Source: Pseudomonadota bacterium (GTDB taxonomy: Bacteria; Pseudomonadota; Gammaproteobacteria; JAKAQQ01). From it: 64,000 bases of DNA. The DNA is taken from NCBI GenBank assembly GCA_021828045.1, contig JAKATI010000001.1:6209-70208 (forward strand). Reading direction: 5' to 3'. The notes beneath the pieces were generated by a model that searched no databases, was not told the origin of the DNA, and was given only the letters and a program-made list of their open reading frames with translations. Position numbers and translations under genes: made by a program. Each line of letters opens with the position of its first letter. Within the stretch, counting starts at the first letter, position 1. Positions 36,791 to 46,874 of the stretch are shown piece after piece.

Positions 36791-37438
36791 ATGGAACTCT
36801 ACGGCTACTTCCGGAGTTCGGCTGCCTGGCGGGTCCGGATCGGACTCCGTTACAAAGCAATTCCAGCCATCCATCATGGTGTCCATCTCCTTCGCGAGGG
36901 TGGCGAACAGCACGCTCCGGCTTACCGTGCCCTCAACCCGCTTGGACTTGTGCCGACCCTGGTGGATGGAAAACAGGTGCTGACCCAGTCGATGGCGATT
37001 CTCGAATACCTCGAAGAAAGCCACCCTGCTCCCCCACTCCTGCCCCGGGACCCGGTTGCCCGGGCGCAGGTCCGGAGCTGGGCCCAGGCCATCGCCTGTG
37101 ATATCCATCCACTCAACAACCTCCGGGTCCTCCAGTATCTGGAGCGGGAAATGCACCAGCTCGAGCCTGCCCGGCATGCCTGGTACCGTCACTGGGTCAT
37201 CCTCGGGCTGGAAGCCCTCGAGCTCGAGATTTCCCGAATCCGCCCGGACGATCGTTTTTGCTGGGGGGAGACGCCGACTTTGGCCGATGTGTGTCTCGTG
37301 CCCCAGCTCTACAATGCGCGGCGGTACGAAATCGAGCTGGCCCCCTACCCCCGGCTGTGTCGCGCGGAACGAGCCTGTTATGAACTCGAGGCGTTTTCCC
37401 TGACCCACCCCGACCATCAACCCGACGCTCCTCCGTGA
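36791..37438 (+). CDS. maiA: Maleylacetoacetate isomerase (GST zeta class)
   Basis: It has the MELYGYFRSSAAWRVRIGL GST N-terminus and matches the zeta-class pattern. It is 215 aa. Confidence 0.85.
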   Translation: MELYGYFRSSAAWRVRIGLRYKAIPAIHHGVHLLREGGEQHAPAYRALNPLGLVPTLVDGKQVLTQSMAILEYLEESHPAPPLLPRDPVARAQVRSWAQAIACDIHPLNNLRVLQYLEREMHQLEPARHAWYRHWVILGLEALELEISRIRPDDRFCWGETPTLADVCLVPQLYNARRYEIELAPYPRLCRAERACYELEAFSLTHPDHQPDAPP

Positions 37439-39873
37439 CCCCGATGGTTCCCCTCTGGTCATTCGGCGGGTTTTGGCTCGGACTGTCATTGGTCGGGGTG
37501 GTCTCTGCCCTCTATTGGGGTTGGTCACGCTGGCTTTGGGGATCGGGTTTGACGCTTCTCCTGTTCGGGGCCACGATCTTTTGGCAGACCGCCTGGTTCA
37601 ACCTGTTGCTGGCCTGGATTTTGGTCCTCTCGTTCCTGTTGGCGGTCAACCTGCCGGAACTCCGGAGGTGGATCGTGATGGACCGCCTCTATCACCGATA
37701 CCGCCAGCACCTCCTTCCGTCCAACCCCGAGCCCAGGCTCCCCATCGAACCCACGATTGGCTGGTTTGCCGATTTTTCGACCGACCAGCTGCGGCTGGCA
37801 CGAGCCCCCTCCCGGACCTCGGTGCCGGCCCCGAACGAGGAAGAGCGGGCCTGGCTCGAATCCTTCCCCGAGAAGCTCGAGGCCTGCCTTCAGTCGTTGC
37901 CGGCGCGGGACCTCGCTCCCCGGAGTGGGGGCTGGGCCAGTGCCTTTGCCGATCTCGGTTTATGGCGGTTGGTGCTTGCTCCAGAGGCGCGGAGTCCTGC
38001 GGTTTCGATGGCCGGCAAGATGCGCGTTCTGGCTCAGCTTGCAGCGCGGGAGCCCGCCTGGGCGCTTTTGGCCGCACGAACGGTCTTTTCCGGCAGTTAT
38101 GAGTTGCTGGCCTTGCTGGCCGGACAGTCTTCCGTGCCGCCGGCCCTGGACCGGCTGGCCTCGGGACAGAGCGTGGCGGCGCTCGTGGACTGGACACCGT
38201 CCGAGCATGCCCTGAGACCCGGAGGAGGGGTGGTGGAGCGGGAACGCTTCGGGGAACGGGACAACGTGCTGGGAGTCCGGCTGGAAGGCGAACAATGGGG
38301 AACCTGGATGGCGGAGGGCATCGATCTTGTGCTTTTGGCCTTCCGCCTGTCCGACCCGCAGCACCTGTTGGATGACCGGGGGGATCGACCGCGGGTGGCG
38401 ATCGCGCTTCTCGAGCGTGAAAATCCGTGTCTGGATTGGCATCTCATGGCGCGTCGCGGGGGGCTCGAGGCCTACCGGCTTCGGATGACCCCAACCTTCC
38501 TGCCCTGGGACCAGATCCTTGTGGTTCAGGGGGCGGCAATGAACCGTGACCCGCTGGAATCCTTCCGTCGCTTTTTCCGGGATCGGATGGAACTCAACCG
38601 ACGGGCCATGACGCTGGGTGTGGCCCAAGCCTTTCTCGATGAGGCCAGTCGCTGGACGACCTTTCTTGAGGCCGGATCCCAATCGGTGACTCCGCCTCGT
38701 CCAGACGACCTGGCGGCGGGAGTGGAGACGGTCTGGGCAGTCGATCAGCGTGTCCGCACAGAACTCCTGTATTGGCAGGAACCGTTCGGTCGACCGGTGG
38801 AGCTGTCCGTTTTTGATCCGGATGACGTGCCTGACCTGCTTTCCCACCTGTTGCGGGGACATGCCGCGACCCTGGGTGCGCCGGGTCTGGCCGGACCGTT
38901 CGGTCGCCTGACCGAGGAGCGTGCCCGGCTCCTCCTCTGGATTGAGGCCGGTCTCTTTTCCGGAACCGGACAGCGGGATGAGCGGAACCCGGACGGATTG
39001 CTTGCTGCCCTGCACAGCCTGGCCGGCCTGGAGCGGCAGGCGCTCCAAAAGACACTCGCCAAGGCGGGAGAGGAACAGTTCGACCGATTGATGACTGCAC
39101 ATGTCGGGCGGTTGCTCCATCATGCCACCCGGGCTCTGGTCCGGACCTTGCTCCCACTGGTCCTGCCCTTGAGAACGGGTCAGCGAGACCGGACCGGGCT
39201 GCAGGCGGCACGCCGCATGGCTCGTGCCTCTTCAGCCTTCTCCTTTCTCCTGGATGCCTACTTCCTGACTGGGGAGGGTTTGATGGGTGTGACCCCGAAG
39301 GGAAAGATGATCGAGGCGGCCTGCCAGGCATTGTCGGAAGGGTTTTCCGCGAGTCTTTCCTTGGAGAACTGGCGGCAGCGACCGGCGGATGACCCGCTCC
39401 GGACCGTTGAAGCCACAAGGCTCGATGGATGCATGGGAAGGATGGAGGAGGCGATCGATCGGTTCCGTGCCGAGTTTCCGCCCGGCCGTCTTAGAAGCGG
39501 AGCTCATCTGATCCTCTTCAGGAGATTGCGCCGCCGCTCGAGCCCACGGGCCAGCCGGATGGCGCTTGCTGACCTGGTGCGTTTTCCCGGAGCTGGCCGG
39601 AATGCCCTGCTGTATCTCCGACCCCGAACCGAGGATGCCCCACTGGGGTCCGGAAAGGGGCTTTTCGAAAGCCTGGCCACGGTGGTGCCCATGGTTTCGA
39701 GGCTCCGGGGCGCGGTCGAGCAGGGATTGGTTGGAGGGGCGACGCCCCAGGAAATTCTCTCTCAGGCCGTGGCCCGCGGACTCATCAGCGAGTCGGAAAG
39801 CGGGGAGATCCAAGCAGCGTGGACGGGGCTCCGGTCTTGGCTTGAGACCGGGACCACGATTGTTGGGACATGA
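37435..39873 (+). CDS. FadE-like membrane-anchored acyl-CoA dehydrogenase family protein (divergent), 812 aa
   Basis: It has N-terminal TM helices. Its central segment GVRLEGEQWGTWMAEGIDLVLLAFRLSDPQHLL aligns with E. coli FadE [33 protein letters not shown]. The C-terminus LSQAVARGLISESESGEIQAAW resembles FadE AHNALVKGLIDKDEAAIL. The GTG start overlaps the maiA stop (GTGA); an alternative ATG lies at 37444. Confidence 0.6.
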   Translation: MTPMVPLWSFGGFWLGLSLVGVVSALYWGWSRWLWGSGLTLLLFGATIFWQTAWFNLLLAWILVLSFLLAVNLPELRRWIVMDRLYHRYRQHLLPSNPEPRLPIEPTIGWFADFSTDQLRLARAPSRTSVPAPNEEERAWLESFPEKLEACLQSLPARDLAPRSGGWASAFADLGLWRLVLAPEARSPAVSMAGKMRVLAQLAAREPAWALLAARTVFSGSYELLALLAGQSSVPPALDRLASGQSVAALVDWTPSEHALRPGGGVVERERFGERDNVLGVRLEGEQWGTWMAEGIDLVLLAFRLSDPQHLLDDRGDRPRVAIALLERENPCLDWHLMARRGGLEAYRLRMTPTFLPWDQILVVQGAAMNRDPLESFRRFFRDRMELNRRAMTLGVAQAFLDEASRWTTFLEAGSQSVTPPRPDDLAAGVETVWAVDQRVRTELLYWQEPFGRPVELSVFDPDDVPDLLSHLLRGHAATLGAPGLAGPFGRLTEERARLLLWIEAGLFSGTGQRDERNPDGLLAALHSLAGLERQALQKTLAKAGEEQFDRLMTAHVGRLLHHATRALVRTLLPLVLPLRTGQRDRTGLQAARRMARASSAFSFLLDAYFLTGEGLMGVTPKGKMIEAACQALSEGFSASLSLENWRQRPADDPLRTVEATRLDGCMGRMEEAIDRFRAEFPPGRLRSGAHLILFRRLRRRSSPRASRMALADLVRFPGAGRNALLYLRPRTEDAPLGSGKGLFESLATVVPMVSRLRGAVEQGLVGGATPQEILSQAVARGLISESESGEIQAAWTGLRSWLETGTTIVGT

Positions 39874-39990
39874 ACGGACACCCTGGGCTCTGAATTTTTT
39901 GATTGGAAAAACCGGATTGGTCCACTGGGCGGGACCCTGCAAGCACCTGGCGGGGCCGATCTGGGCGCTGGGCCAAGTCGCCGGATCCGC

Positions 39991-41319
39991 TTACTCGATG
40001 CCGAGTTTCTTGAGCCGGTAGCGGAACTGCCGGAAACTGATGCCCAAATGGTGCGCTGCCGCGGTCTTGTTGCCCCGGCTTTCGCGCAGGGCCTGGAGGA
40101 TGCGTTCTTTCTCGATCTCTTCCAGATACGCAGGCAGGGTGCGCAGGTCTGCTCGTTCGAGCAGCGGGGTCCGCTCGGTTTTCCGCAGACGGATATCGTC
40201 GCCGTGGATTACTTCACCTTCACAGAGGGTGAGTGCCCGTTCCAGGATATTTTCTAGTTCGCGGATATTGCCCGGATAGTCATAGGACTGGAGTCGTGAC
40301 AGGGCGTCCGGCGCCAGGGTGACGGGTCGGTCCAGGGCCAGACGGGCAACCAATGCAGGGGCAATTTGCGCGATGTCGTCCAGCCGATCCCTCAACGGGG
40401 GAACGAACATCTCGATCACGACCAGCCGGTAGTACAAATCCTCCCGGAAACGGCCCTGGGCCACGGCTTCCTGCAGGTTGCGGTGCGAGGCGGAGATGAT
40501 CCGGACATCCACCGGGATCTCCTGCGACATTCCCAGGGGACGGATGGTTTTTTCCTGCATGAAACGGAGGATCTTGACCTGCATGGTCAGGGGAAGCTCG
40601 GCAACCTCGTCCAGGAACAGGCTGCCTCCCTCGGCACTCCGGATGAGCCCCAGTTGATCGGAAACAGCTCCCGTGAAGGCCCCCCGTTTATACCCGAACA
40701 ACTCGCTTTCGAGCAATTCACCCGGTATGGCACCGCAGTTGATCGGAACGAAAGGCCGGTCATGACGGGGCCCGTTGGCATGAATGAGCCGGCTCACGAG
40801 CTCCTTGCCCGTACCGGTTTCCCCATGAATGTGGATGGGCGCCTGGCTGCGGGCCACCCGGAGGATCATCGAGCGGAGGTCCTGGATGGTCGGGTGCTCC
40901 CCGATCAGGAGATTGCCGGAGAGGGGTTGTCCGCGAGCCACGCGGATGGCACTGGTCACCAGTTGCCGGAGCACGGTGAGATCGACCGGCTTGGTCAAAA
41001 AGTCGAAAGCACCGAGTTTGAGGGCGCGGACCGCGATTTCGATGCTGGCATGAGCCGTGAGAACAGCCACGGTGGTGTCGGGCGTGTTCTGGGTGATCCA
41101 TTCCACGAGATCCAACCCATCTCCATCCGGCAGTTTGAGGTCCAGGAGACAGAATGCGTACTTTCCTTCGCGCAGTTCCCGTCGCGCCTGTTCCAGGGTT
41201 CCCGCGCTCATGCTCACGATCCCCATCCGCTTGAGGGTGAGACCAATCAGTTCGACCAGGTCGGGTTCATCGTCAACAATGAGAATCCGCGGGGGGGTTG
41301 CGGGATCAGGCGGGTTCAT
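39991..41319 (-). CDS. pilR: Sigma-54-dependent response regulator, PilR-like (NtrC family)
   Basis: It has a receiver domain, an AAA+ sigma-54 activator domain with GAFTGA and a C-terminal HTH (AAHHLGISFRQFRYRLKKLGI) close to the PilR C-terminus. Confidence 0.8.
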   Translation of the reverse strand: MNPPDPATPPRILIVDDEPDLVELIGLTLKRMGIVSMSAGTLEQARRELREGKYAFCLLDLKLPDGDGLDLVEWITQNTPDTTVAVLTAHASIEIAVRALKLGAFDFLTKPVDLTVLRQLVTSAIRVARGQPLSGNLLIGEHPTIQDLRSMILRVARSQAPIHIHGETGTGKELVSRLIHANGPRHDRPFVPINCGAIPGELLESELFGYKRGAFTGAVSDQLGLIRSAEGGSLFLDEVAELPLTMQVKILRFMQEKTIRPLGMSQEIPVDVRIISASHRNLQEAVAQGRFREDLYYRLVVIEMFVPPLRDRLDDIAQIAPALVARLALDRPVTLAPDALSRLQSYDYPGNIRELENILERALTLCEGEVIHGDDIRLRKTERTPLLERADLRTLPAYLEEIEKERILQALRESRGNKTAAAHHLGISFRQFRYRLKKLGIE

Positions 41320-42986
41320 GAGGGGGCTGCCATTGGCTGGGGGTTGGGGAAAAGAATGTAAAACTCGCTCCCGCCGCTTTTCCGCCTGCGGTAATGCAGG
41401 CTCAGCCCATTCAGCGTGCAGAGTTCGCGTGCGATAAACAGTCCGAGCCCGGTCCCTTGGGGGGATGTGCTGTAGAACGGATCATAAATCCGTTCGAGCA
41501 GGTTTTCCGGGATTCCCGGCCCCCGGTCCAGGACACCCAGGCGTACCTGTCCTTTCCGGTGTTGCCGATCCAAACGGAAGAGGACCAGGGCCTGTCCCGC
41601 TCGGCTTGGAGAGGCTCCGTGGGTCAGGGCGTTCTCGGCCAGGTTCCAGACAATCTGGTGGAGCAGGTCCGGGCTCACCTGTGCTTCCAGGTGTTTTTCG
41701 AACTCGACCGAACGGATTTGGCTGGAGGGCAGGGTCATGCCGTGACGGCTGGCAAATTCCTCCATGAAGCCCCTGAGCCAGGCGCCCAGTTCCAGGGGTT
41801 GTACCGGGCGGGTGGTGGGTCGCGAGAGGGTCAAGATGTTGCCGATCACGCGGTTGAGTCGGTCGACCTGGTCCAGGGTAATCTGGTTGAGACGCCGGTC
41901 CTCGGGATCGAGATGCTGGGACTCATGGAGCAACTGGGCAGCGTGGCGGATTGCGGCCAGGGGGTTTCGGATCTCATGGGCAATGGCGGCCGTGAGCCGG
42001 CCCATGGCCTGTAGCTTGAGTTCATGCATTTTGGCCTCGAGTTGGCTCAGGTCCTCGAGGGTCAGGATGGCCCCCTGTTGACCAATCGGTCGCAGGTCGG
42101 GCAAGACCGACCGGCCGACTGGCGTGACGACAGGGGTGGATATCCGGGGCCGGTCACCCCTCTGGCCCTTTAGAAAGCGAAGGAGGTTTCGGGCGTGGGG
42201 GTTGGGATCGATGCCGGGGGCACTGAGCAATTGGGCGGCGGCCGCATTGAAGAACCGGACCCGGTCCTCGCGGTCGAAGATCACGACCCCGGTCGGCATG
42301 CGCTGGACCAGATAGGCATTGAGTTCGGACAGGTTGTCCAGGTCCAGTTTTTGGCGGGCGAGGATGGTTTCGGTGATCCGGACCCGGTTCGCCAGTGAAT
42401 AGAGGATCAGCGTGATCAGAAAGAACAGGATGGAAAGCAGGGCGGCATGAAGCAGGGGGTTGGTTCCTTGGTTCGCGAGCCACTTCTCAAAGCTCCGCGC
42501 GAGGACGAAAACACTGGCCAGCGAGGCCAGTGCAAGGCTTCCTTCGAGATTCAGGATCGATGCGGCCACCCCCAGCGGGATCATGAAGAGGTTGCTGGTC
42601 GGGAGCCATTGTGTGGCCAGATGGCTTTGTGCCAGTGCGGCAATGAAAGCCAGGTCCGTAACCGGTCCCAGGAGGGGTTCCCACCGTCGCATGCGGTCGG
42701 GCAGGCCGAGCGTCAGGCCCAGGAGCAGCAGGCTCAAGAGGAGGTATCCGCCCGCCATCCATTGCAACCGCTGGGCTGCGGTCCCGGACAGGGGAAACCA
42801 GCTGGAGCGCGCGAGGGTGGCGAGAAGGATGAGGAGCCCCATCATGAACCGGTAGGCGGTGAGGATCCACAGCAGGCGGCGGGTTCGCTGCGGGTCGGAG
42901 TGCCCGCTCCGTTCCGTTTGGAGCGGGGGTGGGGGCAGTGCTTCCCCGGGGATTGTGGCGAGGAGCGGGGGTGGGGAGTCAGCCAT
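41316..42986 (-). CDS. pilS: PilS-like sensor histidine kinase (multi-TM N-terminus, PAS, HisKA, HATPase)
   Basis: It has about 6 TM helices without a periplasmic domain and an H-box AAIAHEIRNPLAAI. Its stop overlaps the pilR start (ATGA). I chose the start at MADSPPP (556 aa); the track's TTG start at 43370 would run into the divergent sucC promoter. Confidence 0.7.
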   Translation of the reverse strand: MADSPPPLLATIPGEALPPPPLQTERSGHSDPQRTRRLLWILTAYRFMMGLLILLATLARSSWFPLSGTAAQRLQWMAGGYLLLSLLLLGLTLGLPDRMRRWEPLLGPVTDLAFIAALAQSHLATQWLPTSNLFMIPLGVAASILNLEGSLALASLASVFVLARSFEKWLANQGTNPLLHAALLSILFFLITLILYSLANRVRITETILARQKLDLDNLSELNAYLVQRMPTGVVIFDREDRVRFFNAAAAQLLSAPGIDPNPHARNLLRFLKGQRGDRPRISTPVVTPVGRSVLPDLRPIGQQGAILTLEDLSQLEAKMHELKLQAMGRLTAAIAHEIRNPLAAIRHAAQLLHESQHLDPEDRRLNQITLDQVDRLNRVIGNILTLSRPTTRPVQPLELGAWLRGFMEEFASRHGMTLPSSQIRSVEFEKHLEAQVSPDLLHQIVWNLAENALTHGASPSRAGQALVLFRLDRQHRKGQVRLGVLDRGPGIPENLLERIYDPFYSTSPQGTGLGLFIARELCTLNGLSLHYRRRKSGGSEFYILFPNPQPMAAPS

Positions 42987-43125
42987 TCCGTCAGGCCGGA
43001 TCGGGTCGTCGGTGGGGAGATCATACACATTCCCGACCGAAGGGCGCTGGGGGTCCCGAATCCGGCAATCGGATCGCAAATCAGCGAAAATAGAGAGGTC
43101 CCCGGTTTTCCAAAGAGTGGGTTTC

Positions 43126-44295
43126 ATGAACCTCCATGAGTACCAGGCCAAAGAAATTTTTTCCCGTTTCGGAATCCCGGTCCCCACCGGTTCCGTGGCC
43201 CGGTCCCCGGTGGAAGCCGTCGCGGCAGCCGAACGGCTGGGCGGCCCGGTTTGGGTTGTCAAGGCCCAGATCCATGCCGGGGGTCGCGGCAAAGCAGGAG
43301 GGGTCGCGGTCTGCCACTCACCCGCCGCGGTGGGTGAGGTGGCCGGCAAGCTCATCGGGCAGCGCCTCAAGACCCATCAGACGGGACCCGAAGGGTTGCC
43401 GGTCCATGCGGTCTGGGTCGAGGAGGCTTCGGAGATCGAGCGGGAGCTGTATCTCAGCTTGGTCGTCGACCGTGCACGGGAATGCCTGAGTTTCATTGCC
43501 TCCTCCGAGGGCGGAATGGAAATCGAGGCAGTGGCCGCGACCGATCCGGAAAAAATCGCGACGGTTCCACTGCCTCCCGATCCGGGAGTCCCGGCCTATG
43601 TGACCCGGATTCTCGGAGGGGTCTTCCGAATGACGCCTCCGCAACTGGAGGCGCTTTCGTCCCTCCTGTCCGGACTGGAGCGGTGCATGCGGGAGTCGGA
43701 TGCGTCTCTCATCGAGATCAACCCCCTGATCGTGACCCGTGGAGGAGCACTGTGTGCCCTGGACGCCAAGGTCAACCTGGATGACAACGCGCTCGGTCGT
43801 CATGCGGAACTCGCTGCCCTGGATGATCCCAGCCAGCGGGACCCGGCGGAGAACGAAGCGGCCCGGGCCGGCCTCAACTATGTGGCATTGGAGGGTGACA
43901 TTGCGTGCATGGTGAATGGCGCGGGACTGGCCATGGCAACCATGGACCTGATCCAGCTCAAGGGCGGTCAACCCGCCAACTTCCTGGACGTGGGAGGGGA
44001 TGCGACCGCGGCCCGGGTCACCGAGGCATTCCGGATTTTCCGGGCCAATCCCCGGGTTCGATCGATTTTCGTCAATATTTTCGGGGGGATCGTGCGTTGT
44101 GACCTGATTGCGGAGGGGATCATTGCGGCCTTCAAGGAAGTGGCCCCGGGTGTCCCCGTGATCGTCCAGCTGGAGGGGACCCGGGCGGAGGAAGGACGTC
44201 GGATGTTTGCCGAGAGCCGATTGCCGATCGAGACGGCATCCGGTTTGGCCCGCGCAGCCGAGAGAGCGGTCCGTGCCGCCGGGGGTGCGGCATGA
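43126..44295 (+). CDS. sucC: Succinyl-CoA synthetase beta subunit
   Basis: It has [12 protein letters not shown] and the ATP-grasp domain, and is 389 aa. Confidence 0.95.
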   Translation: MNLHEYQAKEIFSRFGIPVPTGSVARSPVEAVAAAERLGGPVWVVKAQIHAGGRGKAGGVAVCHSPAAVGEVAGKLIGQRLKTHQTGPEGLPVHAVWVEEASEIERELYLSLVVDRARECLSFIASSEGGMEIEAVAATDPEKIATVPLPPDPGVPAYVTRILGGVFRMTPPQLEALSSLLSGLERCMRESDASLIEINPLIVTRGGALCALDAKVNLDDNALGRHAELAALDDPSQRDPAENEAARAGLNYVALEGDIACMVNGAGLAMATMDLIQLKGGQPANFLDVGGDATAARVTEAFRIFRANPRVRSIFVNIFGGIVRCDLIAEGIIAAFKEVAPGVPVIVQLEGTRAEEGRRMFAESRLPIETASGLARAAERAVRAAGGAA

Positions 44296-45170
44296 GCGTG
44301 CTCGTCGATCGGGAAACGCGCGTGATCTGCCAGGGTTTCACCGGCCGCCAGGGAACTTTCCATTGTGAACAGGCCATCCAGTACGGAACCTGTCTCGTCG
44401 GTGGGGTGACACCGGGACGAGGCGGGACCCGTCATCTGGATCGGCCCGTGTTCGACACGGTCCGCGAGGCTGTCAAAGAGACCGGGGCCCATGCCAGTCT
44501 CATTTTTGTGCCTGCGGCGGGTGCGGCAGACGCCATTCTCGAGGCCGCAGATGCTGGAATCCGGCTCATTGTCTGCATCACGGAGCACATTCCCGTGCTG
44601 GACATGGTGCGGGTCAAGACCGCGCTCCGGAGCCGGCCGGAAACCCGTCTCATCGGCCCGAACTGCCCGGGCATCATTACCCCGGATGGGTGCAAGATGG
44701 GCATCATGCCGGGGTCGATCCATCGCCGGGGGAGGATCGGCATTGTCTCCCGCTCCGGGACCCTGACTTATGTCGCCGTCCACCAGACCACGGAAATCGG
44801 CCTGGGGCAGTCGACCTGCATCGGGATCGGTGGGGATCCCATCCACGGAATCGGGTTCATTGATTGTCTGGCCCTGTTCGAAGCGGATCCCGAGACCGAG
44901 GGAATCGTCCTCGTGGGCGAGATCGGGGGCAACGACGAGGAAAAAGCGGCGGCCTATGTCCGCGATCACGTCACGAAGCCGGTGGTTGCCTACGTCGCGG
45001 GCGTCACGGCCCCGCCCGGAAAGCGTATGGGACACGCGGGCGCCATCATTTCGGGGGGGACTGGAACCGCTGCCGAAAAGTACCGGGCCTTCGAAGAGGC
45101 TTTTGTCTCGGTGGTCCATTCCCCGTCCGAAATCGGACAGGCGATGAGTGACCGGCTGAAGCGGCGTTAG
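44292..45170 (+). CDS. sucD: Succinyl-CoA synthetase alpha subunit
   Basis: It has the CoA-binding domain and the active-site His region (GHAGAII). The ATG overlaps the sucC stop. Confidence 0.95.
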   Translation: MSVLVDRETRVICQGFTGRQGTFHCEQAIQYGTCLVGGVTPGRGGTRHLDRPVFDTVREAVKETGAHASLIFVPAAGAADAILEAADAGIRLIVCITEHIPVLDMVRVKTALRSRPETRLIGPNCPGIITPDGCKMGIMPGSIHRRGRIGIVSRSGTLTYVAVHQTTEIGLGQSTCIGIGGDPIHGIGFIDCLALFEADPETEGIVLVGEIGGNDEEKAAAYVRDHVTKPVVAYVAGVTAPPGKRMGHAGAIISGGTGTAAEKYRAFEEAFVSVVHSPSEIGQAMSDRLKRR

Positions 45171-45194
45171 GTTGCTCCGACGTTTGGAAGGACC

Positions 45195-46874
45195 ATGCGT
45201 GATGCACCGGTGGGGACAATCGTCCTGGCCCAGATCAATCCCTGCGTGGGGGATATTGCGGGGAATGCCCAATCCATCCTGGATGCGGCACAGGGAGCCC
45301 AGGAGAAGCACCAAGCCTGGCTTACGGTCTTTCCGGAACTGGTGCTGTGCGGGTATCCACCGCGCGACCTTTTGTTCCAGCCGGATTTCCGCCGCGAGGC
45401 CGAGGCGGGTCTCTCCCGTCTCGCGGCAGCCTGGCCGGGACCGCCGATCGTGGTGGGCCATCCGCATTATGACGGATCCCGGATCTACAATGCCGCATCG
45501 GTCATCACCGGAGGCCGGGTGGTTGCTCGTGCGTTCAAGCAGTGTCTACCCAACTACGGGGTTTTTGACGAGAAGCGCTACTTTGTGGCGGGAACGGAAA
45601 CGGTGGTCTGGGATCATGCCGGGGTGCGGATCGCGTTATTGATTTGCGAGGACCTCTGGGCACCGGAACCGGCGGCAGGGGGGCGGAGGCAGGGAGCGAA
45701 TCTTCTGGTCGGACTCAGTGCCTCTCCCTTCTGCATCGGAAAAGCGGCGGAACGAGAAGGTGTGTTCGCCTCACGGGTCCAGGAAACCGGGATCCCGCTT
45801 GTCTGCACCAATCTCGTTGGCGGGCAGGACGAACTCGTGTTCGACGGGGCCTCGCTCGCCTTGAACCCGGACTCCGGCATCGTCTCCCGGGGCCCAGCCT
45901 TCACCTCTGCACTGTGGCCGGTCGGAATCCGGAAACAGGCGGATGCCCTCCGTCTGGAAGCACCCGATCCGGTGCCGCCTCCGGGGGTGGCCGATTCGGT
46001 CTATCCGGCACTCCGGATGGCGGTGGCCGACTATGTCGGAAAGAACGGGTTTTCGGGTGTGCTCATCGGGCTCTCCGGTGGAATCGATTCGTCGCTAACC
46101 CTGGCCATCGCCGTGGATGCGTTGGGAGGAGAGGCCGTGACGGGCGTTCTCATGCCTTCTCGCTATACGTCGGGACTTTCTCGTACAGCGGCACTCGAAG
46201 AGTCGAAAAGCCTGGGTATCCGCACCCTCGAGTTGCCCATTGAACCGGTCCTGGAAGCGTTCCGGCAAGTTCTGGAACCCTCTGGCATGCCGACCGGCCG
46301 TCCGACTGTCTTGGAAAACCTCCAGGCACGGATCCGTGGCGTTCTGCTCATGGCCCTGTCCAACGCGAGCGGACGAATCGTTCTCGCGACCGGCAACAAG
46401 AGTGAGATGGCCATGGGGTATACGACCCTCTACGGGGACATGGTGGGTGGGTTTGCTCCGCTGGCCGATGTTCCGAAAACCCTGGTTTTTGGTCTGGCCC
46501 GTTACCGCAACGGAATCTCGCCGGTAATCCCACGGGAGGTTCTGGAACGCGAGCCCACGGCCGAGTTGAGGGAAGGGCAAAAGGACCGGGATACCTTGCC
46601 GCCCTACGAGATTCTCGATCCGATCCTGGAGGCATGGATCGAGGCCGAGCGACCGTTCGCGGAAATTGCCGGTCGTCTGGACAGTCCGCCAACGGTCCGG
46701 AAAGTGCTGGGGCGTGTGGCTGCAAACGAGTACAAACGGCGGCAAGCCGCGTTGGCGGTCAAAATCACCTCCCGTGCCTTCGGGATCGAGCGTCGCTACC
46801 CGGTGACCTCGAGATTTGAGATCCCGGGGGATGCCGGCCGGGAGCGGCCGGAGGATCCGCCATCAGGAGCGTGA
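45195..46874 (+). CDS. nadE: Glutamine-dependent NAD+ synthetase (N-terminal C-N hydrolase domain + NAD synthase domain)
   Basis: It has the C-N hydrolase domain (LICEDLW) and the PP-loop SGGIDSS. Confidence 0.9.
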   Translation: MRDAPVGTIVLAQINPCVGDIAGNAQSILDAAQGAQEKHQAWLTVFPELVLCGYPPRDLLFQPDFRREAEAGLSRLAAAWPGPPIVVGHPHYDGSRIYNAASVITGGRVVARAFKQCLPNYGVFDEKRYFVAGTETVVWDHAGVRIALLICEDLWAPEPAAGGRRQGANLLVGLSASPFCIGKAAEREGVFASRVQETGIPLVCTNLVGGQDELVFDGASLALNPDSGIVSRGPAFTSALWPVGIRKQADALRLEAPDPVPPPGVADSVYPALRMAVADYVGKNGFSGVLIGLSGGIDSSLTLAIAVDALGGEAVTGVLMPSRYTSGLSRTAALEESKSLGIRTLELPIEPVLEAFRQVLEPSGMPTGRPTVLENLQARIRGVLLMALSNASGRIVLATGNKSEMAMGYTTLYGDMVGGFAPLADVPKTLVFGLARYRNGISPVIPREVLEREPTAELREGQKDRDTLPPYEILDPILEAWIEAERPFAEIAGRLDSPPTVRKVLGRVAANEYKRRQAALAVKITSRAFGIERRYPVTSRFEIPGDAGRERPEDPPSGA

